A DNA stretch of 64,000 nucleotides from NCBI GenBank assembly GCA_945948185.1, contig CAMFAL010000001.1, positions 95 through 64,094 of the forward strand. The letters are read 5' to 3'. The notes below the pieces were generated by a model, which worked only from the letters and a program-made list of their open reading frames with translations, did not search any database and was not told where the DNA came from. Below are positions 17,288 to 26,599 of the stretch, piece by piece (position 1 is the first letter of the stretch; each line of letters starts with the position of its first letter). Made by a program: the position numbers and the translations under genes. The DNA comes from an uncultured Clostridia bacterium. GTDB lineage: Bacteria; Bacillota; Clostridia; Oscillospirales; Oscillospiraceae.

Positions 17288-18253
17288 TCAAACGTAGAGA
17301 CCGTCATAGATCTCTTCGGGCTCCATCTCCGGCGCCGCCTCGGCCCGGAGGATGGCCTCATCCATCTCCCGGTCGAAGTCCGTCCGCATCTGAGCAATCT
17401 CCTCGGGGGTGATGACGCCCTGCTCCACCAGCATGGCCTCCATGTTCTTGACGCAGTCCTTATTCTCGATCCATTCCTCCGTCACAGCGGCATCCCGGTA
17501 GGCGCACTGGTCGCCCTCGAAGTGGCCGCGCCAGCGGTAGTCCTTGCACTCCAGGACAGCAGGACCCTTACCGGCCCGGACGCCCTCCAGCAGCTCCTTT
17601 GCGGCCTCGTAGACCGCCAGCACATCAGTTCCGTCCACCACCTTGGCAGGCATGGCGTAACCGGGGGCCCGGTCCGCCACCACATTCTTGGCGGCAATGG
17701 AGTAGGAGCAGGGGGTGGAAATGGCAAACTGGTTGTTATGGCACACAAACAGCACCGGCAGTTTCCAGGCCGCCGCCAGATTCATGGCCTCGTACACCGG
17801 ACCGCGGCTGGAGGTGCCGTCGCCCATGAACACGAAGGCCACGTTGTCCCGGCCCTCCATGTCGATGGTCATGGCCGCACCCACGCCCACGGCGGCGTCG
17901 CAGCCCAGGGTACCGGAAAAGCCCAAATCGCCGGTGCGGAGTTCGCCAATGTGGAGGCTGCCGCCCCGGCCGCCGGAGTTGCCGGTCTTTTTGGCCAGCA
18001 GCTCCCCGAAGAAGGTATCCAGGGAGGTGCCCATCATGTAGGGCACAGCGGTCACGCGGTGGGTGCGCTTATAGTAGTCGCCCTCCTTAAAGTTGGTCAG
18101 CACGCCCACATACGCGGCCTCCTGGCCCACGCCGCTGTGGACGTGGCCGGGGACCCGCCCCTGGGCATAGGTATCTACCATTTTCTTCTCCAAAAGCCGC
18201 ATATCCAGCAGATCTTTATACAGCTTCCGCAGAAATTCCTTTTCGTACTGCAT
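17288..18253 (-). CDS. E1 alpha, operon B
   Basis: HSGVGQEA, GRGGSLH, GDG..HNN, YRWRGHFEGD. Confidence 0.93.
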   Translation of the reverse strand: MQYEKEFLRKLYKDLLDMRLLEKKMVDTYAQGRVPGHVHSGVGQEAAYVGVLTNFKEGDYYKRTHRVTAVPYMMGTSLDTFFGELLAKKTGNSGGRGGSLHIGELRTGDLGFSGTLGCDAAVGVGAAMTIDMEGRDNVAFVFMGDGTSSRGPVYEAMNLAAAWKLPVLFVCHNNQFAISTPCSYSIAAKNVVADRAPGYAMPAKVVDGTDVLAVYEAAKELLEGVRAGKGPAVLECKDYRWRGHFEGDQCAYRDAAVTEEWIENKDCVKNMEAMLVEQGVITPEEIAQMRTDFDREMDEAILRAEAAPEMEPEEIYDGLYV

Positions 18254-18424
18254 GATAGTCCTCCTTATGATGTGATGCGGAATCCGGCGTCAGAAAGGTT
18301 CCCGGCAGTCCGGAACCTGGGAAAAAATTCCTTTTGCGGTATTGAAAAACGCGGCGGCAGACAGCTGCCGCCGCGTTCTCATCACGCAACTTCGATTTCT
18401 TATACGAATCTTACCGCAACCTGA

Positions 18425-19480
18425 TTACTTGGTGAAGGCAGCGATCAGCTCGGGAGTCAGCTGGTCAGCAAACTCATCGTAGCAGGGCTCAGCAGCCTTG
18501 CGGAACTCCTCAGCAGCCTCGGGAGTCAGCTCGCTGACAACGATGCCAGCGTCGGCCCACTTCTTCAGCACTTCCTGGTCGCCCTCGCGCTCCAGAACAC
18601 GCTGATTCTGAGCGGCCTTCTGGCCAGCCTCGTCAACGATCTTCTGCAGCTCGGGAGACAGGGAGTCATACAGCTCACCGTTCATGGTGAAGAAGATGCA
18701 GTCATAGATACCAGTCCAGTAAGTGACATACTTCTGAACCTCGGCGATGGAAGCACCGTCAGCGGTGGGCAGGGGGTTCTCCTGGCCGTCATAAGTACCA
18801 GTCTGCAGGCCGGTGTAGACCTCGGACCAGTTGGCGTTGGTCCAGTTGGCGCCCCACTTGTCATAAGCGGCGTTCAGCAGCTTGGAGCCGGCAACACGCA
18901 GCTTCAGGCCCTTCATATCAGCCAGGGACTCGATGGGACGGACGCTGTTGGTGGGATGACGGAAGCCGTTCTCACCGATGCCCAGCAGGTGCAGGCCCAT
19001 GCTCTCGACGACATCGCCGACAGCCTTGCCGGCCTCGCCGTCCAGCTTGGCGTCGACATCGTCGAAGGAGCTGAACAGGAAGGGCAGGGACACGACGTTC
19101 AGACGAGCGTCGAAGTTGGAGTAGATGATGTTGGAGTGGGCGGACAGCTCGATGGTGCCGTCGATAACGCCCTGAATGCCCTCGGTCTGGTTGCCGGCGG
19201 TCAGCTGGTCAGCAGCGTAGACCTCGACCTTGACCTTACCGCCGGTAGCATCGCTGACCATCTTGCCGAAGTCACGGCCCATGTCAGCCCAGCAGGTGTT
19301 CTCGGTAGCGGAGCAGGCGAACTTCCAGGTCATCTCGGGGAACTCGGTGCCGGTCTCGGCGGGCTGCTCAGTATTCTCAGCAGGCTTCTCAGCGGGCTTC
19401 TCTTCGGTCTTACCGCCGCCGCAGGCGACCAGGGACAGGCCCATGACCAGCGCGAGGATCAATGCAAGAAACTTTTTCAT
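18425..19480 (-). CDS. dctP: TRAP transporter solute-binding lipoprotein DctP
   Basis: Lipobox LVAC; ENGFR, GLKLRV and DGQENP. Confidence 0.93.
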   Translation of the reverse strand: MKKFLALILALVMGLSLVACGGGKTEEKPAEKPAENTEQPAETGTEFPEMTWKFACSATENTCWADMGRDFGKMVSDATGGKVKVEVYAADQLTAGNQTEGIQGVIDGTIELSAHSNIIYSNFDARLNVVSLPFLFSSFDDVDAKLDGEAGKAVGDVVESMGLHLLGIGENGFRHPTNSVRPIESLADMKGLKLRVAGSKLLNAAYDKWGANWTNANWSEVYTGLQTGTYDGQENPLPTADGASIAEVQKYVTYWTGIYDCIFFTMNGELYDSLSPELQKIVDEAGQKAAQNQRVLEREGDQEVLKKWADAGIVVSELTPEAAEEFRKAAEPCYDEFADQLTPELIAAFTK

Positions 19481-19552
19481 TGTTTTTCCTCCTTAAATTT
19501 TACAAGTTGCGTTTTATCTGATACCACTTTCGTGATGACAGATCACTGAGGA

Positions 19553-20857
19553 TCAGCGGCCCAGCAGGACCGTGGAGAAGAAGGGCATATAGGTGACGAT
19601 CATCAGGGTGACAACGCAGGCGATGATCATGGGCCACACAGCCTTGGAAATAGAGGCGATGGTGACGCGGGTCTTGTCCTTGATGTCCTGCAGCTTGCTG
19701 CTGACACCGATGGCGACGAACAGGTTGACGCCCACGGGAGGAGTCACCTGACCGATGGCCAGATTCACGGTGGACAGCACGCCGAAGTGGATGGGGTCAA
19801 TGCCCAGCTTGGTGGCCACGGGGTACATGATGGGGATGAAGATGTACATGGCGGAGTTGGCGTCCACGAAGCAGCCGGCGATCAGGAAGATCACATTGAC
19901 GATCAGCAGGAACACATACTTGTTGCCGGCGATGGTCAGCAGCAGGTTCTGGGCGGCGGTGGAGATGCCATGGACGGTGCAGATGTAGGAGAACAGAGTG
20001 GCGGCGCCGATAATCAGCATGATGCCGCCGGTGGTCTTGGTGGAGTCGACCAGCAGCTCGTACAGGTCGCGAATCTTGACCTCACGATAGATGAACAGGC
20101 CGACGATCAGGCCGTACACCACGGAGACGGCAGCCGCCTCGGTGGGAGTGAAGAAGCCGCTGTAAATGCCGCCCAGGATGATGACGGGCATCAGGAAGCC
20201 CCAGAAAGCGGTGCGGAAGGACTTCCAGCGCTCGCCCCAGGAGGCCTTCTCACGGGAGGCGGTCAGGCCCTTTCTGCGAACCTCGATCATGATAACGACC
20301 ACCAGGGCCAGGCCCATCATGATACCGGGGATAATACCGCCCATGAACATATCGCCCACGGAGACGCCGGTAATAGAGGCATACACCACGAATGCGATGG
20401 AGGGAGGAATGACGATGGCGATGGAGGATGCCGTTGCCATCATGGCGGAGGAGAAGGGTGCGGAGAAGCCGCCGCGGTTGATCATGGCGGGGATCAGGAT
20501 GATGCCCAGAGCCGCCACGGTAGCCGGGCCGGAACCGGAGATGGCGCCGAAGAAGCAGGCCACCACCACGCACACGATGGCGATGCCGCCGCGGCGGTGT
20601 CCGATACAGTCATCAATGAACTGGACCAAACGGGTGGAGATACCGGCCTTGGCCATGATGTTGCCGGACAGGACGAAGAAGGGAATGGCCAGCAGCAGGA
20701 ACTTGGCCATGCCGTTATAGACGTTGGTGGGAACGATGGACAGCTTGTCTCCGGAGTAGAGCATAGCGAAGATGGAGGACATACCCAGGCTGACGCAGAT
20801 GGGAATGTTCAAAAACAGCATCACAAAGAAGGAGCCGAACAGAATCAGGTTAATCAT
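19553..20857 (-). CDS. dctM: TRAP transporter large permease DctM
   Basis: LLAIPFF, ISGSGPAT, IPPS, TPTEAA and TPPVG. Confidence 0.95.
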   Translation of the reverse strand: MINLILFGSFFVMLFLNIPICVSLGMSSIFAMLYSGDKLSIVPTNVYNGMAKFLLLAIPFFVLSGNIMAKAGISTRLVQFIDDCIGHRRGGIAIVCVVVACFFGAISGSGPATVAALGIILIPAMINRGGFSAPFSSAMMATASSIAIVIPPSIAFVVYASITGVSVGDMFMGGIIPGIMMGLALVVVIMIEVRRKGLTASREKASWGERWKSFRTAFWGFLMPVIILGGIYSGFFTPTEAAAVSVVYGLIVGLFIYREVKIRDLYELLVDSTKTTGGIMLIIGAATLFSYICTVHGISTAAQNLLLTIAGNKYVFLLIVNVIFLIAGCFVDANSAMYIFIPIMYPVATKLGIDPIHFGVLSTVNLAIGQVTPPVGVNLFVAIGVSSKLQDIKDKTRVTIASISKAVWPMIIACVVTLMIVTYMPFFSTVLLGR

Positions 20858-20872
20858 TTCACTTCTCCTCCT

Positions 20873-21379
20873 TTACTTCTCTTCCAGGTTCACACAATCG
20901 GCCTCACCGCACATGACGTCGATGAAGTACTCGATGGTGTGCAGAATCAGGAATACCGCGCCGATGGGCAGGAAAATGGTAAAGACCCATTCGTGCCAAC
21001 CCAGAGAGGAGGTCAGTTTTCCGTTGGCCATCTGAGTCAGCACCTTGTCATAACCGGTCTTCAGCAGGATGAGCCAGAAGGCGGTGTTGGCCAAGGTGAT
21101 GATGAAGACGAAAATCTTTCTGCCCGTGACCTTCAGACGGTCAAAGATCAGAGACAGGCTGATGAGGCTTCCCTCGCGGGCGCACAGGCCGCAGCCCAAC
21201 ATGATCAGCAGAACAAACAGGTTAATGACCAGTTCCTCCGTCCAGGCAAACTGGCTGTCGCTCAGCTTACGCACCAGGACGTTCACGAATGTCAGAGCTG
21301 TGACAAAGACCAAAATCACGCTGGTAACGATCTTCTCAAGTTCAGCCACAACATTCATGATTTTTTTGTAGGCTTTCAT
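20873..21379 (-). CDS. dctQ: TRAP transporter small permease DctQ
   Basis: Four hydrophobic segments, WTEE motif, adjacent to dctM. Confidence 0.9.
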   Translation of the reverse strand: MKAYKKIMNVVAELEKIVTSVILVFVTALTFVNVLVRKLSDSQFAWTEELVINLFVLLIMLGCGLCAREGSLISLSLIFDRLKVTGRKIFVFIITLANTAFWLILLKTGYDKVLTQMANGKLTSSLGWHEWVFTIFLPIGAVFLILHTIEYFIDVMCGEADCVNLEEK

Positions 21380-21514
21380 TGTATCAATCCCTTCCTATAA
21401 TGCTGCGGACGCCGGTTTTCCGCATTCCACACCATGCGGACTCTCTCCTCCGGCAGCCGCTCCACAGAAATACGGACGTATTCCTGAATTGTGGACCTTT
21501 TCAGCGTAGCCTCA

Positions 21515-21572
21515 ACTTGGTAGGACCATCTATATCTGAGGCTATCATATCATTCCCCACACTTTTAGTCAA
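21515..21572 (-). promoter_or_regulatory. TRAP operon promoter with a FadR/PdhR-type box
   Basis: TTGACT-17 bp-TATGAT (21572-21544); ACTTGGTAGGACCATCT at 21515-21531. Confidence 0.75.
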
Positions 21573-21639
21573 ATAAAGACTTAAAGAACCCACGCCAAAA
21601 TCTGCCGCTAATTCTCTCCGTTTTGCACAAATTCACGGA

Positions 21640-22338
21640 TTATTGTTCAAATTTCTCCGGATATTTACCGCGATATTCCTCTACGATCTGCAGATGCTTC
21701 TCCATTTCCTCCCGGGCGCGAACCGCGTCCCGGTCCCGTACCGCCTCGTAAATGGCACAGTGGGAAGCATGCGTCTTCTTCTGATAATCCTCGTGGCCGC
21801 CAAACCGGATGCGGATATCCCCCAGCATGGCATTGACCAGATGGATAGTGGCCGCCAGCATCATATTGTGGCTGGCTCTGGCCAGGGCGTCATGAAAACG
21901 GACGTCGTTCTGATAGTCCAGCGGGTCGACCTCCAGGGCCTCCAAAGCCTGCCGGAGCTGCTCCAGATCCTCCTCTGTGGCCCGCTGGCTGGCCAGCTCG
22001 GCAATCGCGGCCTCTGTCACCTGGCGGAACTCACTGAAGTCGTCCTGAATACCCTCCTGATCGGAAACCCGCACCAGGGAGATCATCCTTCGGATATAAT
22101 CCGCATCCCGGACCACCACCTTCCGGTAGCCCCGGTTCTCGATTGCCCCCAGAAACTCCAGGATACCCAGACATTCCCGCAGGGAACCCCGGCCCACTCC
22201 CAGCGTCTCCGCCAAGTCCCGTTCAGAGGTCAGTTCTTCCCCAACCTTGATCTGTCCGCTCTCTATGGCATCGATCAGCGCCCACATGACCTTTTCCGGG
22301 ATCTTCTGATCGCCGCTGCCACTCCTTGCCAACTGCAT
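21640..22338 (-). CDS. FadR-subfamily GntR regulator
   Basis: SERDLAETLGVGRGSLRE, DVRFH..ASHN and H.AIY motifs. Confidence 0.92.
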   Translation of the reverse strand: MQLARSGSGDQKIPEKVMWALIDAIESGQIKVGEELTSERDLAETLGVGRGSLRECLGILEFLGAIENRGYRKVVVRDADYIRRMISLVRVSDQEGIQDDFSEFRQVTEAAIAELASQRATEEDLEQLRQALEALEVDPLDYQNDVRFHDALARASHNMMLAATIHLVNAMLGDIRIRFGGHEDYQKKTHASHCAIYEAVRDRDAVRAREEMEKHLQIVEEYRGKYPEKFEQ

Positions 22339-22576
22339 GGCTTTCTCCTTTTCGCATGCCGGCAGGCCAGACGCCCGCCGTTCCTGTCAATATAATATCT
22401 GTCTCTATCATAGTCCGCTGTCTTTTTTGCGTCAAGAACACTAAATGTAGAAAATTGAATTCAAAATTTGGGGAATTCGTTATAATCTTAGTCGAAAAAA
22501 ATGTAATGATCTGCCGCGGCGCCAAATAGGAACAAAAGAAACGCCGTGGAAACGGCGTTTCTCGGTCAGAGATCAT

Positions 22577-23302
22577 TCACTTCAGACGGCTGCCCCGCAG
22601 ATAACCGTAGATCACGGGAACCACCAGCAGCACCAGCCCCAGCAGCGCCGCCATCATGTCAGCGCCATCCGTCAGCATGGTCGCCTCCAGCACCAGCAGT
22701 CCTCCGACGGACCACAGCCAGCCAGCGAAGCGGTGGACATCCCGCCAGGCCCGTTCATTCCCCTCGGTAAAGGAAAACCGCAGAGCGATCCTGGCGTCCC
22801 GGGGGCAGTCCCACATGTGTCCGCCCAGCATCAGCAGTGCCAATCCCAGCACGCAGGGAGTGAGGAAGGGCAGCGTCAGGCTGCCGCCGGCGGATTCCAG
22901 CATCAGGCCGCTGCAAAAAAGGACGGAGATGATAGGGAAGCCCCACCGGCCCACCAGACGCACCGGCGTGCCGGGCAGAGTCATGCGCTTCTGATTGAAC
23001 CACAGCTGGCCGTGGCAGATCAGATTCAGCAGGCACATGAGGCCGGGCACCAGAAACACCACCGCCGCCCGGGGCAGGGAGTCATCCTTCCCGTCCATGC
23101 CGATGAGGCCGGTCTCCACAATCTCGGGGATCTTGTCCCACAGCCGGATACCCAGCTGCACGGGCATGGCGCAGGCAATCATTGTCACCGCGAACAGCAG
23201 AATGGCCTTCTCTTTGGCCACATGCTTTCCGAATATGCGGGCGCTCTCCATTTCCATCTCCCGGGTCATACCGGGATTTTTTTTGTTTTTCTTGTTGCTC
23301 AT
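22577..23302 (-). CDS. SdpI/DUF1648-like membrane protein
   Basis: Multiple TM segments; LWDKIP and W..VHRFAGWLW motifs. Confidence 0.7.
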   Translation of the reverse strand: MSNKKNKKNPGMTREMEMESARIFGKHVAKEKAILLFAVTMIACAMPVQLGIRLWDKIPEIVETGLIGMDGKDDSLPRAAVVFLVPGLMCLLNLICHGQLWFNQKRMTLPGTPVRLVGRWGFPIISVLFCSGLMLESAGGSLTLPFLTPCVLGLALLMLGGHMWDCPRDARIALRFSFTEGNERAWRDVHRFAGWLWSVGGLLVLEATMLTDGADMMAALLGLVLLVVPVIYGYLRGSRLK

Positions 23303-23383
23303 AGGGCGAAGCCCTCCTTTTTTGATCCATTGGGGAGTATTATACGAGGTTCCGCGGCATTTGTAAAGAACCGCCCCGGCCGC

Positions 23384-24508
23384 TCACCCCTCCATGGCCC
23401 TCAAAAAGCCCATCAGGTTCCGGATGGTCCGCCGCAGGTTGTCGGCAGCGTGGAGTCTGGCCTCCTCAAAGGGCTCGGGCCTGTGGTTGGTGGTAAACAC
23501 GCCGCAGACCCCCAGGTCGTGGATTCCGTCAGCGCCCTCCCCAACGGCGCCCACCACGGCCACCACCGGCACGCCGGCACGCCGGGCCCGGGCCGCCACG
23601 CCGGACACCACCTTTCCCCGCAGGCTCTGGCTGTCCAGCCGCCCCTCGCCGGTGATCACCAGGCGGGCACCCCGGACAGTCTCATCAAAGTTCACGGTGT
23701 CCAACACCGTCTCAATGCCCATCTGCAGCTTTCCCTTCCAGAAAGCCGCGGCACCGCCGCCCATGCCGCCGGCCGCACCGGCGCCTGGCAGGTCCAGGAT
23801 CTCCGCTCCCAGGTCCCGGCGGGCCACCTCCGCCAGATGGCGCAGGTTTTTGTCCAACCGCCGCACCATCTCCGGGTCCGCTCCCTTCTGAGGCCCGAAC
23901 ACCGCGCTGGCCCCCGCGGGACCGCAGAGCGGATTGTCGATATCGCACATGACCGTGACCTCCGGCAAGGGCCGCTGGCCGCCGAGGTCGATATGGGCAA
24001 TGCGGTCCAGATTCCCACCGACAGGCAGGAAAGCGTTTCCCTTCCCATCCAGAAACCTGACTCCCAGTGCCGCTGCCGCGCCGCAGCCCCCATCGTTGGT
24101 AGCACTTCCTCCAAGTCCCAGGACAATGCGGCGTGCTCCCCGGGCCGCGGCATCCGCCATCAGTTCTCCCACGCCATAGGTGGTGGCCGTGTCCGGTTCC
24201 AAACGGCTGCCCACCAGAGGCAGGCCCGCCGCGGCCGCCATTTCCACCACGGCCGTACCGTCGGGAAGCAAACCGTAAAACCCGGTCATCATCTCCATAT
24301 GAGGGCCATGGCATGGAACCTGCACGCGCTGGCCGCCCACCGCCGTCAAAAAGGCGTCCACGCTGCCCTCGCCCCCATCCGCCACCGGAATGGAGACCAC
24401 CTCCGCGTCCGGCTTTGCCTGCAGAATCTCCTCCCGCAGAATGGCGCAGATCTCTCCGGAGGCCAATGTTCCCTTGAAGGAATCGGGCACCAATACATAT
24501 CGCTCCAT
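23384..24508 (-). CDS. glxK: Glycerate kinase (GlxK family)
   Basis: PDSFKG, ADGGEG, GGSATNDGG, FGPQKGA and TGEGRLD. Confidence 0.95.
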   Translation of the reverse strand: MERYVLVPDSFKGTLASGEICAILREEILQAKPDAEVVSIPVADGGEGSVDAFLTAVGGQRVQVPCHGPHMEMMTGFYGLLPDGTAVVEMAAAAGLPLVGSRLEPDTATTYGVGELMADAAARGARRIVLGLGGSATNDGGCGAAAALGVRFLDGKGNAFLPVGGNLDRIAHIDLGGQRPLPEVTVMCDIDNPLCGPAGASAVFGPQKGADPEMVRRLDKNLRHLAEVARRDLGAEILDLPGAGAAGGMGGGAAAFWKGKLQMGIETVLDTVNFDETVRGARLVITGEGRLDSQSLRGKVVSGVAARARRAGVPVVAVVGAVGEGADGIHDLGVCGVFTTNHRPEPFEEARLHAADNLRRTIRNLMGFLRAMEG

Positions 24509-24691
24509 ACGGTCCTCCCCTTTCGTATCATGTGATCACTTTATCACACTCTCTTCCTGTGTGCCACCCCTTACTTTTCCATTTCCTCTTTGGCCAGATT
24601 CCTCCTTTTTCTCCAATTTTCTCCCTTTCTATTGCGCATTCGGGGTCCCACATGGTAGGATAATACCATCAAATATTTGCAGGAGGATTCT

Positions 24692-25981
24692 ATGAAGCAG
24701 GACATGATTTTAATTCTGGACCTGGGCAGCGAAGAAAACCCCCGCCTGGCCCGTGAAATCCGCGCCATGGGCGTTTACACGGAGATCCATCCCCACGATA
24801 TCACCGCCGAAGAGCTGGCGGCTCTGCCCAATGTAAAGGGCATCATCCTCAACGGCGGCGTCAACCGGGTGGTGGACGGCGTGGAGATTGACGCCTCCGC
24901 CGCCGTCTACGGCAGCGGCCTGCCCCTCTGGGCCATCGATCACAAGGGCTCCGCTCCCCTGACAGCCCAGGGTGACAGCCGGGAAGCCGCCATCCGGAAC
25001 TTCGTATTCGGCGCCTGCAAGGCGGAGGCCAACTGGAACATGGACAACTTTATCGCCGACCAGATCGAGCTGATCCGCCGCCAGGTAGGTGACAAGAAGG
25101 TCCTGCTGGCCCTCAGCGGCGGCGTGGACTCCTCCGTGGTGGCCGCTCTGCTGATCAAAGCCATCGGCGATCAGCTGACCTGCGTCCATGTAAACCATGG
25201 CCTGCTGCGCAAAGGCGAGCCCGAGCAGGTGGTACAGGTTTTCCGGGAGGAGATGGGCGCCAACCTGGTGTACGTGGACGCAGTGGACCGCTTCCTGGAC
25301 AAGCTGGCCGGCGTAGCCGAGCCCGAGCGCAAGCGCAAGATCATCGGCGCCGAGTTCATCCGTGTGTTTGAGGAAGAGGCCCGCAAGCTGGACGGCATCC
25401 AGTTCCTGGGCCAGGGTACCATTTATCCCGACATCATCGAGTCCGGCACCAAGACTGTCAAGGCCGTCAAGAGCCATCACAATGTGGGCGGCCTGCCGGA
25501 GGACCTGAACTTCGAGCTGGTGGAGCCCCTGAAGATGCTGTTCAAGGATGAGGTCCGCGCCTGCGGCGTGGCCCTGGGCCTGCCGGCCTCCATGGTCTAC
25601 CGTCAGCCCTTCCCCGGCCCTGGTCTGGGCGTCCGCTGCCTGGGTGCCATCACCCGTGACCGGCTGGAAGCCGTCCGGGAGTCTGACGCCATCCTGCGGG
25701 AAGAGTTCGCCAAAAACGGCCTGGAGGGCAAGGTGTGGCAGTATTTCACCGCCATTCCCGACCTGAAGAGCGTGGGCGTGCGTGACAACAAGCGTGCCGA
25801 CGAATGGTGTGTCATCATCCGCGCCGTCAATACCGTGGACGCCATGACCGCCACCGTGGAAAACGTCCCCTTCGACCTGCTCCAGCACATCACCGCCCGT
25901 ATTACCGCCGAGGTGAAGGGCGTCAACCGTGTTCTGTTCGACCTGACGCCGAAGCCCACGGGCACCATCGAGTGGGAGTGA
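24692..25981 (+). CDS. guaA: GMP synthase with a shortened, non-catalytic glutaminase domain
   Basis: SGGVDS, KSHHNVGG, PFPGPGL and KPTGTIEWE; the N-terminal domain lacks GICxG and HPE. Confidence 0.93.
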   Translation: MKQDMILILDLGSEENPRLAREIRAMGVYTEIHPHDITAEELAALPNVKGIILNGGVNRVVDGVEIDASAAVYGSGLPLWAIDHKGSAPLTAQGDSREAAIRNFVFGACKAEANWNMDNFIADQIELIRRQVGDKKVLLALSGGVDSSVVAALLIKAIGDQLTCVHVNHGLLRKGEPEQVVQVFREEMGANLVYVDAVDRFLDKLAGVAEPERKRKIIGAEFIRVFEEEARKLDGIQFLGQGTIYPDIIESGTKTVKAVKSHHNVGGLPEDLNFELVEPLKMLFKDEVRACGVALGLPASMVYRQPFPGPGLGVRCLGAITRDRLEAVRESDAILREEFAKNGLEGKVWQYFTAIPDLKSVGVRDNKRADEWCVIIRAVNTVDAMTATVENVPFDLLQHITARITAEVKGVNRVLFDLTPKPTGTIEWE

Positions 25982-26041
25982 CCTGCTTCCCGTTCCGGCA
26001 GATGAAACAACGCGCAGGCAGACGATACATCATCAAATTGT

Positions 26042-26081
26042 AAGCAACGGCCCCGGGACTGCGGTCCCGGGGCCGTTGCTT
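26042..26081. terminator. Bidirectional terminator between guaA and mog
   Basis: aagcaacggccccgggac / gtcccggggccgttgctt perfect stem. Confidence 0.8.
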
Positions 26082-26089
26082 TGCAAGCT

Positions 26090-26587
26090 TCAATCTGTCA
26101 GTTTCGCGCAGTCGGCAGGGCGGCCGGAGAGCATCTCCAGGCCGTGGCCGATGGCGGGCAGAACAGCCTCCAGATTCTCCTTCGCCGCCTTGGGGGAGCC
26201 GGGGAGGTTGATGATCAGGGTCCCCTTGCGGATGCCCGCCTGGGCCCGGGACAGCATGGCCCGGTTCGTCACCTGCATGGAGGCGTAGCGCATGGCCTCC
26301 GGGATGCCCGGCGTCAGACGGTCGCAGACCGCCAGGGTGGCCTCCGGGGTTACGTCCCGTGGGGCAAAGCCGGTGCCGCCGGTGGTGACCAGGAGCTGCA
26401 CCTTTCCGCTGTCGGCGATTTGGCGCAGCTTTTCCTCAATTTGGGCCTGTTCATCCGGGACAATGGCGGTGAGTGTTATCTCATATCCTGCGTTTTTCAG
26501 CATCTCAGCTACCAGCGGCCCGCCCCCGTCGGGACGCTCACCCCGGAAGCTGCGGTCACTGACCGTCAAAACAGCTGCATGATACAT
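26090..26587 (-). CDS. mog: MogA/MoaB molybdopterin adenylyltransferase
   Basis: TVSD, TTGGTG..RDVTPEAT and NLPGSPK. Confidence 0.93.
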   Translation of the reverse strand: MYHAAVLTVSDRSFRGERPDGGGPLVAEMLKNAGYEITLTAIVPDEQAQIEEKLRQIADSGKVQLLVTTGGTGFAPRDVTPEATLAVCDRLTPGIPEAMRYASMQVTNRAMLSRAQAGIRKGTLIINLPGSPKAAKENLEAVLPAIGHGLEMLSGRPADCAKLTD

Positions 26588-26599
26588 GGTTCTCTCTCC

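Noticed and set aside
24510-24690. Purine riboswitch before guaA
   Set aside because: No consensus aptamer seen, and little room between the likely promoter and the RBS.
25960-26090. Island insertion at the guaA 3' end
   Set aside because: A known hotspot, but here it is followed only by a terminator and core-like genes.
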